A stretch of DNA of 64,000 nucleotides from Sphagnum compactum (GCA_965153455.1 OZ234493.1:21566213-21630212), one strand, 5' to 3'. Counted from the stretch's first letter, positions 38,849 to 53,500 are shown. The notes: a model not told the origin generated them from the letters alone. A program made the numbers and translations.

Positions 38849-40443
38849 GATGGTGGATACTACCAACAATCGTGTATCAGAAACTTCTTGAACCAATGTG
38901 CCCCAGGTTTCTGTTGCATTTCTGCAAGCAGTTTGTAATATTTAGTCATAATGTTGGCCGCCAAGCAATAGTCAGTGTACTCATGGGAGTTCTTTTTCAA
39001 GTTTAGACAAGCCAGCTTTAAGAGCCAGAGTACACCAGTCGGTCATGAAGAATTAACCACGTATTTGCATTCATTGGTACCCCCACTTCCTGCACTTTCA
39101 AGTATTTTGCTCATTAAATTTAAGTACTCTTACAATTAAACTGGGGTTGTAGTCTTTTTGGAAGGAAATCCTGGTCTGAACTGGTGTAACAGAAGCAAGG
39201 GAAAACGCAGCCCTCCCCCCCCCAAAGAATCCAAAGCTTAATTACCCCAAAGATCCTACTATCAGGTCAAAAGGTTAGGGCATTCACATGTTGTGTATGC
39301 ATGGCAACTATCAGTTCATGATCTCTTCCTAAATTCATGAAAACCATAACATTATTCACATTGCTTGCCAATGGTGCCACAAGATCTCTATTCAATAGTT
39401 TGCATGAAGGTGAATGCCATGGCAGTCAGGGACACATGATCAAGCAATACATTGGCCAGCACCAGGTGCTATACAATGGTAAAATCAAGGGCGCCACAAT
39501 GGATGGCACTTGGACGATCCATGAAGATCGGTGGCATAATTTGTCCGAAGGGGCCTTTCACCTCGAACTGCAATGCCCCAAACCGGTTGCTACAAAGGGA
39601 ACCAGGCCAGAAGTTGGAATGGTGCAAATAGGTGAGATGCAAGAATGGGCAGGTTATTACAAGCAGCAGGGTGAGAAGAGCAACATGGGTGCAAACATTA
39701 TCTTTACCGACAACCAAAAAATTTATGGCAACGGCATGGACTCTATTGGCCGCTTCACATGGCTTGGTTGTCTCTCAACCCTTATTTGACTTATGAAAAT
39801 GTTGGATGCACATTTGAAGAAAGACAGTGTTGCATTTTGATGTTCTGCTGGTGCTGATAGAATTTGTGAACCTTAAGGATTGGCTGGGAACACATCTTCT
39901 TAACCAAGTTTTTGGTTTTTTTCTAGGCCGGTACTATCAGGGGAGTACCTCAATACAGGTGGATCTGGTCAAGCAGTATGAAGGGAAACACCCAGTATAC
40001 TACCTGGGGAAGGTTGCACAAGAGGAAGATTACACAGTTGCTATGAAGGGTGTTTGGATGCTGTCAAGTGGAAAACACCAAGGGAAATTTCTCCTCCAAC
40101 TCCAAGTGAGCAACTTGAATGTGCAGTTCACTCTTCATTGCACTTGTTGATCTGATTTCCAACTTCATCACAAATCGCTTCAAAATGCATTTCGCTTTCC
40201 ATTTGCACTACTGTAAAGTAACACTCACTCTGAACAGTGTTCCTACTTATTATGCACATGATCTCCAATGTCCAGACAGAGACAGTTCTTGTGATCCATG
40301 ATAAAATTGAACAGGGCCAACACTTCACACCATTCCTACAAAAGACAGATCCAGATGCTAGAGCATTACAGTTTCCAATGGTAGACTCCCTGAGAATGCA
40401 CAAAATTGTGATCAGAGCTTTCTCTGAACACATGCATGTTTGA
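38849..40443 (+). pseudogene. Exons encoding two copies of an uncharacterised beta-rich repeat; 38849-~38905 and ~39260-39294 degenerate, 39410-39766 and 39927-40105 open, 40276-40443 possible last exon
   Basis: Repeat 1 ..IKQYIGQHQVLYNGK..MDGTW..GAFHLEL aligns with repeat 2 WAGYYKQ..IYGNGMDSIGRFTWLG..VKQYEGKHPVYYLGK..MKGVW..GKFLLQL. Phase-1 acceptors fall at the equivalent Gly in both repeats. Confidence 0.65.
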
Positions 40444-42746
40444 TCAGTGAGCCAAGCTATGAATACTAATACCATAGTGTCAAGTTAACACTCTCACAAC
40501 ATTAATTATTTTTAGGGTTGCAGGAAAATTTTAATTGTCCAGACCAGTGTTGTACTGGTATATAGGATAGACCCTTAGTATGTACAATGGTATGTATCCT
40601 TGATATGTTAAAACCCATTTGTTGGGTCTGTCTTAAAATACATATTTAGGTTGTTTTTAGAATCTAAGGTTTTCTTGTGTGGACCTACCTCTGTTTGAAA
40701 CATACTAGGCAAGGTTTACTCAAATTTAATACTGTGGTGAAACCACTACTAAGATAATAGATTGAAGTTGGGAGGGGTAGGTCTAATGGTTAGTAGTAGT
40801 GTAGAGCATCTCTTGTTTCTACTTTAAAGAGATCATGGAGTTTATAGTTGAGACATTGATAGATGGATGGAGGTGGAACAACTTTTTAAAATCAACATTA
40901 ATATTGTAGTGGGGTTTCTAAGGGCTACGTCATGTCCTAAGGCCTACATTGGGTTTATGGTTTATAAAACAACCACCTAACTATAACAAATTTTGATAAG
41001 ACAAATTAAACAACAATTTGCCTTCCGAAATTTGCAGATTTAAAAATCAAAATCAAAATCAACCGAATCATCAAGCTTGGTCTTTAAAGATCCTCCTCCA
41101 TCTGCTCCAACAAATATGTTTCAAGATCCCCAAAGTCATCAAGGGATTCAAATGCAAATGATTCACACACAAAATATGGATCATTTGGCCTTCTCTTGGA
41201 AATCAACACAAGTTGATTTAAATTTTGGGTTCCAAGTCAATATCTGCATAGCCCTTGTTAGAATCCTAACAATGGAAAAAATACATTCCATTTCAATCTG
41301 ACTTCCCACAAAACCCAAAAGTTTGACAAGCCAAGTATACAACAACAAGAAATTGTGCCTCATGAACCTTTCACCACTTTAGTGGATCTTCACAAGATTT
41401 TGCTTCTAATTGCAAATATAATTATAATATTATGTATTTATTAATATATTATGTATATTTATATTATATTATATAAATCAGAATTGTTTATATTGCAGAT
41501 TCTGAAAATAAGAAAGTTCTTGTTTCACCTTTCTATTTTTGACCTGCAAGGAGAGCAAAAAAATCCTTTCAAATAATGTAATAACACATAGAAACCTATA
41601 TTGGCAATAGACACAACATAAAATTATATTATTATTTTCATGCTACATAAAACCATTCAAAAAATAAATAAATGATGAGATTTTTTTCCCCATTGGCTTT
41701 AGATGGAAGAAAATAGATGTAAAATAGAGGGACAAAATTCATGTGGGTTCACAAAGGAAAGAAAAACATGTAATTAATTTGATAAAAATGATAAAAAAAA
41801 CTATGGGTCTACAAAGAGACCAAAAAAGCAAGAAAGGAAAAAAACTTTTGCATTGCACCATATTTACTTCACTGGTGAATAAGAGCACTAGGTCCACAAA
41901 GAGGGCAAAAAAATGAAAGAGAACAAAAAGCTTGTTCCTCTGTTGCACAAACTTCTTTTTTAGATGGATGAACTTTTTTAATCCACTGCATAGGTCTCCT
42001 TTTTCGGGCTTTAGTAAACACAATGCATAACAAATACCCCTAACAACAAAATAGATTCAATAAACAAATCATAAGAAAAAAATATTGGATAAACACAAAG
42101 AAAGAGAACACAACAAAAACTTTTCACAAGACAAGATGATTGTTCAATGCTGGTGAAACCTAATAGCTCCAAATAAATAAGTTTGACCTATAGCATGAGA
42201 CGATTATTCAAGTGCATTTTTAGCCCGTTCCTTGATCTTGAACAAGGATCAAAGACTTTTTTGATCTCTTGCTCATGAATATTTGCATTGTGAAGTGAAG
42301 ATTTTTATTAATCTATGCAAGCTTAAAAGCAACATCAAAAGCAAATGTTAGGGGGAAAAGTGCTCTTGTGAGAAAACAATGATGCAATCAACAACACACA
42401 AGAGCAACAATCCATATGGCGATGTAATTAGGGTTTAAAGTTTTAATCTTTTTTACCCTAATTGTTTTTAACCCTCTGTGGAAAGGCCTTTTGCAGGAGA
42501 ATAATGAAATTATATTGCCACTGTGGGAAATTTCCTGTTGGAGCAATTCCCATGGATTATATAATTTGCTTTGACTAATCATATCCTTGATGTAAGGGAA
42601 GAGATTCTAAGAAAAAGCAAATAGCTAAGCTGGGCCATGGTTTGTGGTTAAAAGCAATTCACAGCTGGAACAATGTATGGAAAAATATCTTTCTGTGAAT
42701 GCCTCAAGACACTAAGAAAAAACACTAACAAAATGACTGTTGATTT

Positions 42747-45700
42747 TCATAGACTAGGAGGGTACCACAATTTCACCTTCTTATCAACACCTGCCGTTGC
42801 CAAAATTGTTGCCTTCCCATGTTCTATTTACCATCCAAACCACAAAACAATGAAACTTCATCCACATTAGTGCCATTTCCCTCTCATGATCACATAATAG
42901 GACATCTAACTTCACACAGGTAACACACCCACATACTAATTTACCCCCCTGAAATCTTTGCTTCTTAAACATGTTGCATACATTGATTTCCCCAAGCTGC
43001 TCAAATACAATTTCTGCAAATGATACCTGTGTAAAGCCAAAGATTGCCACCACCCATTCCACAAAAAGAATCAATTGTAACTTAAAAGAACAGAATGAAG
43101 AGCATGGATTTTACCTGTGGGCAGAGGCTGTGGACTCCAAGTTAAGCAAGTAATCTCTCCTGGACACACAGAAATAACATAAGAGCTCTGGATTCCACAA
43201 GTAGTACATAAATGCAAAAAACAAGACGAAACCTCTTGAAATTCACAATGGTGACCCTTGTAGTTCCAGACAGAATTGCTCTGAACACAAGTGAGGAAAC
43301 CAATAACAAAATTAGCAACCCAGAGTGAGTGTTTAATGTAAAGGAAGATTTCCCTACCATCATGAGCATTTTCAGCCGTGTCTAAAACTTCACCCGTCTC
43401 TGCTCTCAACCACTGGAGTGTGCTGCCGTAAGTGGCAGCAAGAACTTGGTTGTTGGGTGACACTGCCAACCTATCATAGTGAGCTGCTGACCCCTTTCCA
43501 TCCCGGAGTGGGATGCTGAATACTTTCAGACACTTAGGGTCCTCATCCATGTGGTATCTTACTGTCCATTTGTCAGCCAAAACAAGCCATTCCAGGGTTC
43601 CAAGTAAATAAACTTGCAATGCTGAAGGCCAAAGCTCAGTTCAGGCAGCAATATATCAAATAGTCATCTTCAATTATCTAGCAAGACAAATGCTGGAATG
43701 TTTCCTCACATCTCACAAGTAATTGTAACATCACATGTGGCTCTGGAACTACAATATCAAAAAAATGTGCCAACCACTCTCTACTTACTTTCTGATTTCT
43801 GGGGTACTGCACATCTTCAGTTCAGAACAAGGAGTAGAAATTTCAGCAGCTTGCAGGAAACAGATAAGGGTTGCCATCACAAGAAAACTGGTCAAACTAG
43901 TGAAAGGACTTGGTGAGGATAGAGATGCCTGCTCCATACCATTGATGTTCCAAACCCTTATTGATCCATCCTTGGATGCAGTTATGATGCCTTCTGAATC
44001 CCATGTGAAGCATAGCCATGTAACTGCACTCTGCAATTTGAGAGCCAATAATCAACAATGATCCACATCTCCATGTTTGTGTTTCCTTCACATAACAGCC
44101 GATCTACTAAATTGGCCTCTCCTTATGTCACTTTCTGTATGATCCATGTAATAACAATGTGAGCCCCACTGAAACAGCAAGTAAAAGTAAAGCGACTCTG
44201 TCAAGAAGCAAGCACAAGCAGCACTTAAGTTCCAAGAAGCAACTCACTTTGTGACCCTTTAGTTGCATTACTTTAACAACTTCTTTGACTTGATTGTCCT
44301 TGCCATAAACGACCTCCCATATCTGCAATTGAACAAACTTTATTATCACTTGGTTACAGCACGCAATTCAAAAGTCTCCAGGCCAGAGCAGGATCATAAG
44401 GAATAATACCCAAACAGAAGGAAGACTGTGTACAGAGCCATTCCAAACCTTGACATCAGCAGTGAAAGCTGCAGCTGCAAGGAAACGGCCATTGGGAGAA
44501 AGTGCTGCCATGGTGTTTTTTAACTGGTTTGTGTCTACTATGCCAATGCACTTCCCACTATCAGCTGCCCACAACTTTATGTCTGTACCTGGAGAACAAC
44601 AGCATGAAGAAAAGGAAACTGTAAACTCCAAATCCTTGGCACAATAAGACCCATATCTCTTACACCATACAATTTGATGACCATGGACATACAATGCCAA
44701 AGCCCTATAGTTGAGCACCGATAAACGTCGGCACCTAATCTGGTGGATGGGGAAAGAATTTGGTAACATGTTGCATCTATTACAACTTCGCAAGCTTGTA
44801 CCTCCAAAAGGGTTAACCGCAGTGGTTAGGAAACATGACAAGTTCCCATGTTGGCCCACATTATTTCATCTCCCAAAATAGAAATATAGTTTCACCCAGC
44901 TTTGCTCCAGTGAGATGAAAACCAACATCACTTCATTCATGCTACCAACATGACCCACTCAAGCCGACCTGACTTTCTTTCAGAGCTCGATGTAGGAGGA
45001 TGAGTGATGCTCACCCTCAGAGCATGAAGCTAAAAGGACTCCACCTCCCTGGCTTGCAGTGGCACCCACTAGAGTAACTATGGAATTCTTGCTGTGAACA
45101 TTTTTCTGCTCCCACTTTATTTCAGGGAGAGGCAGTTTGCCCTGCTCCTTTGCAACAGCTGCAACTTTCCCCCCTGCTGATGCATACATGCACAGGCCTG
45201 CCCCTGAGAGATCTTGTGTAGCTACAACAAGCTGTGATGCACCTTCCCCAAATACAACAGCAGTCGGGTGGACGCCTCCACTTGGTAAGTTGATGCGTAA
45301 GAATCTGATGGAAAACAGAGTGCAATTAACAGTTCCATGAACACCATAACATATGAACAGCAACACCTACACAGAATACTGGGGATGCAGGCAAGAAAAA
45401 TATTCATTGATTTGTCTTCAAAATGAATTCCAGAAAGATCTGCAAGAAATGATCGATGCCCCAAGAAAAAGAGGTCTTGACCAGAAAAAGAAACAGAAAG
45501 AAATGTGCCACCATACTTTTGGCTTTTGCTTGAGGCGTCATCAAGCTTGAAAACCCTCACCACTCTGTCCTGACAAGCTGCAGTTCAACCCCACACTTTT
45601 GAATTATTCCCATGGACCTTTGAGTCTTGGAGCCCAAAATCAGATACTTGTGGCTGGTAGAAGTTTGTTAATTATAAGATCAATAAGTGCAGCAGCTAGG

Positions 45701-46382
45701 AAATGGAACATAGATATTTACCTGTAGCTAAGCCTCGACCATTTGATGTGAAAGCAATGCCTGTAATACTATCACCATGGCCTTTGAGAGTGTTCAGATC
45801 CAGGTGATGATGCTGATGTGGATGTGCCTAAATGATTCCCACAGAAGAAAAAATCAGACTTGAACTGCTAGTTCTCCAAAATCCTTTTTAGACACAAGAT
45901 TGATTTTCAGAATTAAGGACGAAACTTGCCATATATTCTAGTGCATTTCACCTAGCAGAGAGAAGATATATTCAGTGCTCAGCATCAAGGATGCAATACT
46001 GCCATAAATAGCAAATGTGCCTGTGGTTGTGACTCCAACCATACAAACAAACACTGGGCTTGCATTCCTGATTTTCCCTGTAGCAAGCAGGATCTTGATT
46101 ATTGAAGCCGCTGATGTAGGGGAGAACAGATTGAAGACTAACCTTCTCAGCTGCAAGAGAGCGTTGCTTAGGATTGGAGGCTGGTTTCCTTGAAGCAACT
46201 GTTGTTTTCTGGGTAGTAGTGGGTTCTGGTGTAACAGACAATGCAGGCACTGCACTTTTTTTCTGCTGCCAGTATACAACAAGGAATGTGGCAAAGAGGC
46301 CAAGGAATCCAGTGATAACTAGGGGAAGTACAATTGAAGTTGGGAAAGCAAATGAGCTTGCACTCTCTGTTGTCATCAACAT
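42747..46382 (-). CDS. TBL2: Transducin beta-like 2 (TBL2)-like WD40 protein with N-terminal TM anchor, multi-exon
   Basis: Hydrophobic N-terminal helix; LDLNTLKGHGDSITG, VRVFKLDDASSKS, FLRINLP, VDTNQLKNTMAALSPNGRFLAAAAFTADVK, VMQLKGHKSAVTWLCF, TASKDGSIRVWNINVRYHMDEDPK, LATAGVDKKVKLW. A probable 5'UTR exon ends near 47096. Confidence 0.92.
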
Positions 46383-49300
46383 CTTTGGCCTGCATACATA
46401 GAATCCACATAAATCTGTGAGCATGAATTCTCAAATGCAGGCTTGCGATTTAGGGTTTGGAAAGAAGCTAGGCGGCGAGGAGAAAGGGCATAAGATTCTG
46501 GTATCTGCTTAGGGTCTCAGCAAACACTGCTAGTAGACTCCAGATCAAGACTGTTGAATCAAACCAATGAAACTTGAGCACAGGGTCTTTTGTACAGGGC
46601 TTGCTGCAATTAAAGATATGCTTCGAAGCACATCGAACTGAAGCTTAAGGAAATAAACGAAACTCAATGCTGAAGACCCTCTTCTTCTAGGGTTTACATT
46701 TGAGGTCGAATTCAGTCTTCCTTTCAGTGTCAGGTCAGAAGATAGCACTTCCAAACTTCAAGTTGTCAGAGATTACTATAGAGCAATGCACAGTGAGTGA
46801 ATCATGCCTCCAACTCACACTGATGAATGAATCTGCCCCTCCCCTAGTTATCACCCTTTGTCTCCTCATAAGTCATAAAACAAAAGAATCCAGGAAACAT
46901 CGGTATCTAATTAGCCAAGAAACTGCCCGCAGCAGAAAATCTTGATACGCAACTGTTAGATTCTCGCAGCTTACACCCACATGATCCACCAAAATCAAAC
47001 CACAGCAAAACCTGTTGCACAAAAGGGTCCTATCTTACATTGTCGATCCCTCAAGAATTGTCGATCCTGAAAGGAATGAGGAACAAATGGCTTACCGATG
47101 GGTAAGGAAGCTGCAGACCTCGACTCGATGTGCTAAAAACACTGCTCTTGCAACTGGCTCCGTATGAGATTCGATGCAAGCTCAAAACAAAAACACCAAG
47201 CTTGCAATCACGGCCAGAGTTTGATGCTTGAAACAAGCAGTACAAAGAATAACAGAATTTTTTTTTTCAATTGCAGAAACAAAACAATACGACTGAACTC
47301 AAAAATTAGCTGATCAAGAAGGAAAATAGAAAGGTAGAAGGCAGCGGAAACAAATAGTTTGGAAAAAACGAAAGCGAAGCAGGAGAAAAAACAAAAGAGA
47401 GCACAAGAAGGAAAGTCACGTTCGTAGTGTCCGCAGTAGCGGAAGCTTTAGCACCAAATTGGGAGCGACAACAAATCCACACGAAAAATAAAAACCCTGA
47501 AAACCCTGAAAACCCAAAAAACCTAAAACCATAAAAAGCCCTAATTTTTTAAAAATAAAAATCATCAATTTTCTTAAACCAACAAAAGTTTATTGGGTGC
47601 ACTAGATTTTTGGTCAAGCTGCCCCAATCATCCAATTTGAATTTTCATCCAAATCCCAAGATTTAAGTTCCATTTGGGTGCATGGTCATTTGAGTGCAGT
47701 CCAATGTGAGTTTCATCTATTCTAGATTTTAGTGTCATTGCAGTACACTCAGTGTTGAACCCCTCAACACCCCCAGAAGCCCAAAATGATTTTTAGAATT
47801 TAAAATGGGTGTGACTCACGAGAGATTAAAATTTTAAAAAAATTTAGGCTAAAAAAGTTGTGAAAACTCATTTAGGCTACAACCCAAGAGTTCCAATGAC
47901 CCAATGAAAGAAAGAATGGGTCACTTGGTGTGGGTTTTTTGGGGTAGGCAATTGTGTTGATGTTTTCAAATTGACTTTTAACATTCTTTAGGAAATCAAA
48001 AGCATCACAATTGTCCATAGCTAGGTAATTTGATATTTAGTTTGTTAGGTTGTAAAAAACTTTGCATCATGAACAAAGTTTGGCACTTTATATTTATGTT
48101 GCATTTGTTGGGGGCCCTACTATCAGGCCTCTCCCATTGCTTTTGTCTTTTGTCAATTTTTGTTTTAGGTTGTTTTTTTCACATTGTTGGAACTAGATTT
48201 TGTGTTGAATGAATTGAGATAGGGATTTTCATTTTATTTGTGTGAAATTGAGGTGAGGTTTAAAGAGTGGTTTGGAACATAGACATGTAAATAATTACAT
48301 CTCAATCAACAACAATACAAAACTATACGAAGAAAAATAAGTTTTAAAAAATTATTTAAAATTACAAATAACACACAAATAAATTATATATGGACTACTG
48401 CATTAACACAACAATGTCATGTTGTATCAATAAAATCTTATTGGATTATCATAAGCTGATATACTTACATTCACATTACCAAATTCACTTACATTTATTT
48501 ATTAATTTATTTAAAATATGCTTCAAAACATAATAAAAACTTCCAAACCCTTAAAACATTTATATACAATTATAATTTTTAACTTTTAGTCTTTAATGGG
48601 CAAGGCCCATGTGTTTGTGACGCATTGTTGGGATATCAATTGCACTAAAAGAAAAACAAAATTCCCTTTGTTTGATAACTTGAAAAATGATAACAACTCG
48701 CACTAGACATAACATGTAAGTATGAATAATTTTGAAATATATATATATGTATATATTAAAGGAAGGTTCTAATAACTATTCACAAATGTGTGTGCAATGT
48801 AAAACCTCCTTAACAATGAACATTTGATTCATAGTCATTTAACCTAAATTTTTTGTCATTTCAAAATTCCATAATTGTGATTATATTGCTTTATATTGAT
48901 CTTACATGATTAATTTTTCAAATTGGATTCCACAAATAAACAACTTGCAATAAATTTTTCAATAAATGATCAAATCTACTTGGTTAAAATGTGAAAAATG
49001 CACATTTCACTTCCAACATGTGAAAACCAACAATCTCCTTATGGGTGGAACAAGATGAGTGGCCAAAATTTTGAAGCAATTGTTTTCATGTTTTGTTTGA
49101 TTGTTTATCATTGAAATCACCCCAAAAAAATGTAATGCTTATATTGTTCACCCTTAGCTTTCATACTTTATAAGTTGGTAAGTTTTTCCTTCTACTTGCA
49201 TTTTATATACATATATGAATAATGTAATACTTCAAAAATGTGCTTGTACATTTTCATTTCATCCACTTGGCATTCATGTCAAATGGAATTGTTTTCACAT

Positions 49301-49904
49301 TAAATTATTTTTTCACTTTTGAATTTGGTTGGTTTAAATGAATAAGGTGGTTTGTCTAACATTCGATGAATCAATGTTGGAAAAATTATCATAATTATTT
49401 CACAAACTCTTTTATCATCACCCTATAATCTACTTTACACTTTTACCTAACTATAATCTTGTTCAATATTGCTATATTTAATTGTTTGTGCCATGTAACC
49501 AATATAATGAAATGATAACAAACAAAATGTTTACTTAATGTATTTCATTTTGTGTCAACAACAACCTTTTTCTTTCATTTTTGGGCTATGGTGTAGGTGG
49601 CAAAAATTTCATAGTGGTTGGATACAATAGTGGCAAAAACACAAGAATGTAGGAAAAAAATTGGTGGATATTGCCATTATAATCAAAGTGCCCTTGGGCA
49701 ATTCAATAAAATAGCAAATAGTTCTAACCAGCAACTATGCACCATGCTCATTGTTACATTGTTCAACTTGCAACCTGAATTGTTCAAAATATCCAACACC
49801 TGCAACCCTATTCATATCATCAAACCAAGAGGCAAATCCAACTTCTTTATCCTTCATACCAACCCCGACCATGTGAACTGCCTACATCTGTCCTCAAGTC
49901 ATAT

Positions 49905-52900
49905 CTAGCTTGGTATGGAAAGTTTTATAATAGGAAGAACTATTAAGAATACATAGTAACAACAAGCTCCAAATGAGGATTCAAGCGGTTGCGTAGCTTG
50001 TTCTTTAAGAAAGAAACTAAGCTAAAACAACGTTCATCCTCAATAGAACTAAGTACATGGAAAAGAGTGTGCCAACAATTGTGATGCATGGACCATTCAC
50101 CATAACCTTGTGACAAGATTTTACAAGGATTGGGTTAGCCTTGTCTGTTGCAAGGGCCACAATTTCAACCATAGCTTGAACAACATTAGACTTCATTGTC
50201 AATTTGAAAAAGACCTTGTTGAGCATCCAACTCCCATGTTGAAAGAATAGGAGGAACCATGGGAACATCCCTAGATTGTCGACAAGGACGTGGGTTGCAA
50301 TAAAATCCTTTCAAAATTCCAAATGTCAAGGGAATGTCATCTCTGCATCTATTTGTAGCCAATATAGGGGGTAAATAACCCCCATGGCATCCAAAACTGC
50401 TTGCTTAGGAAACTAAGCATCCAACTTAACAACCAATCATGTTGCTGCTTCTACCAATCAATAAACAAGATTAAATGTCAAACATAAGAAACCAATGGTA
50501 AATGAAAGGGTTAGGTTCATAAGTTTGCATCACAAAAACCAATTTTGCAACATACTAAATTCCAATTAATCAAGACAAAACCCTAAATACAATTATGGCA
50601 TAAAGCAATGATATGAACTTTTGCCATTTTTAACAAGGCTAGACACTGACATCTACATTTAGCTTTCACTAGCTGAAGTACATGTGTAAATGACATTTGT
50701 GTGACATGCAACATACCACCTGTTGATGGGCAAACTTCACCCCAATGTGCCCATGTCTTCTCACCATTGACAAAAAATGCAAGATGCTCAATTCCAACCG
50801 TGTTGTATCATGTTACCCATTTCATATGGATTTGGATATGGTCATTTTGTAATAGCCTTTGGAAAGACCAGAATTCATCACCGCATAAAGAAGAGGCAGT
50901 GTCACAATAAAGACTATATAACTGTCCCTGACAAACCATCATAATAACTATGAAGTCACAAATGAAAAAATTCCTCCTTTGAGCAAATTTCAGGAGGGAC
51001 TGCATGGTCTCTATTAATGGTAAGACACATGTAAGTCCCAATAACAAATGTATGTCACAAAGTAACCCAAGTTTGTATGTCAATAACATTATATTCACAC
51101 AAAAATAGACTAGACATTTCAGAATCATCATGAACATTTGCAAAATCCATATAGATAATCACTTTGAAGCAAATCACAACCAACAACATCTAACTAGAGG
51201 ATTCCAAAATGTACATATGCATAATAACCATTGTAAACATGTATAGACTTTCCAAATATGGATTAAGTATTCAATAGATTATTCCAAATAGGTATTAAAA
51301 TCTTTGGAAAATATTTATAAACTATATAAAAGCATTTCCAAAGTCTATAAATGCATAACACACATTATTCAAATATGTACATGGTTTCCAATGTTGAATC
51401 AAATGTTCAATAGAGTATTCCAAATGGGTATTAAAACCCTATAAAATACTTACAGACTTTATAAAAACATATCCAAAGTCTATAAATCCATAACAACCAT
51501 TGTAAACAAGTATATAATTTCCAAATATGAATCAAATGTTTGATGTTCCAAATGGGTGTCAACCTCTGAAAAATATTTCCAAATGGGTTTTAACCTTTGA
51601 GGTTTACTTATAGAACTACAGTTTAGCATTTCCAAAGGTATGAGTAGCTTAAAGATGCATAAATTAGACATTGTAAAAAATTCCACTTCCACAAAAGAAT
51701 AAACTAACTATTCCAAATGGGTCTTAGTTCAAGTGATTCACTTATATAGAATTGAAATTGCCCATTAAGCTTTTGTAAAACAATCACATAATCCCCAAAT
51801 AAACCATAGTGTACCAAATTACTAATACATTCAATAAGATCTACAAATTCTAAGGGAAAAAATGGGTTGGTAGATTGTACCTTCGCAACTTGGACAAAAT
51901 TGGAGTTGATTTGCATCATTGCAAGCAAAAGGTGATATTCTACCATGATCAATTTCAAGGGCTCCAACATGGACATCCATCTAGTCTTCACATTCGTCAT
52001 GATTTTGTTCCCTTTAGTATCCAAAACCTGAGCCAATTTCTGAAATTTTAAGTGTCCTTTGGGTGAATGGTTGAAATAGCCATACATGTTATGCATGAAC
52101 ATTTCAATATGTGCAATGAAGACCAAATCTACCAAGGATTGGACTGCCAAGTTGGTCCTATGAACAACACAATGTACACCCATGGAAAAGGGTGCCCATA
52201 AATCCTTGATTTGTTTGGTAATTCTTGTTTTGCCACCTTGAAAGGCATTCACCCCATCTATTTTGAAACATAAGAGCTTTTTGGATGGATTTTCTTTTGT
52301 CAAACCCCCACCTTTCAACCATGTAACCATAATCACTTTGGTCAGGTTGTTAGAACCTGATCCATCAATAACCCTCTCAACAAATACCAAAGTAGGTAAC
52401 CTTATCTAACAATCAACAACATATGCATGCACACAAATCCAAGACCCATTGTCAATGGTTGTAACCTCGTCACACGACCATGTTATGAACTGGGCAAATT
52501 ATATGGCCCTAATAGTACCATTAATTTGAACTTGCATATATATGAAATTAACAAGGACCCAACTAGTTGTATTAGACTAGTGCATGGAGGGATTGTTGGG
52601 GACACCTAGACTAACAAACAATGCATACAAAGACTCATATCCCAACATGGGCCGACCATGTGCAAGAATGTGAAACAAGGTTTTCATTTGAATTTTTTTT
52701 CAATTAGCCTCACCTATAGGTTTTGTCACTTGGACCAAAACTAACTTAGGACCCCTTTGAGCATACAACTTCATGTTTTTCAGGTGTGCATAATCCTTTG
52801 CAATGAACTCCTCACCTAACTTCACTTCAAGCTTAAGTATACCCGAGTTGCAACCTATGACCTTGTTCTTTTGTTAATGCGTCCCATTTGCAACCAACAA

Positions 52901-53500
52901 TTTTATTTTTGTTTTCAATCAAAGAACACACCCTACACCTCACAATGTGCATAAAGCTTCCATCTGACATTAATTCCTTAGCCTAAGGCAACCTTGCTGC
53001 CCATCCAGTTTGGAATTTTCTTATGTTATCATAACTTCTTCCATTCATAACTTTTTTTTGGGCTTCTTCCCACTTGTCTTTTGTTTTTTTGAAGCTGGAT
53101 CAACTTCTGAATTATACAACTTTATAAAACAAGGAAGGTTGAATTGTGAATCTAATAACTCCACTACTTGATCAAGGTTTGTGGATTCTAGAATGATTGC
53201 ACACAAATTAATCATGGAATTAGGTCTCTCAAGGACTTCTGATGGTTTAGAGTTGGAATTAGGGTTTTGCAAAACCTCTTGTGTAATGTTAGTCTCAAGA
53301 GGAGGACAAGTTATATAATCTAAAAAAAGAGGCCAAGCTGTTCTAAGAGGAGATTTCGAACCATTGGAAGAACTAAAGGACCGTAAAAACATGGTGAAAT
53401 CAAATACAAAACCAATGGCATTGTGAGCTTTGGTTCTTAGATGAGCTAAAATACTGGAATATTGAAAATGACATGGTGGATTTTGGACATCAGACAAAAT
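49905..53500 (-). mobile_element. Decayed hAT-superfamily (ZNF862-like) transposase gene
   Basis: Zn-finger-like region (RKFQTGWAARLP..VRCRVCS), catalytic core (IDGVNAFQG, GVHCVVHRTNLAV, YFNHSPK, VKTRWMSM) and C-terminal dimerisation motif (VLSSIEDERCFSLVSFLKNKLRNRL). Stops and frameshifts; element ends not defined. Confidence 0.85.
51220..51600 (+). repeat. Degenerate ~135 bp tandem repeat (about 3 units) inside the hAT gene
   Basis: cataa..cattgtaaaca..ttccaaatat..ttccaaat(a/g)ggtattaaaa recurs at ~51220, ~51355 and ~51489. Confidence 0.7.
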
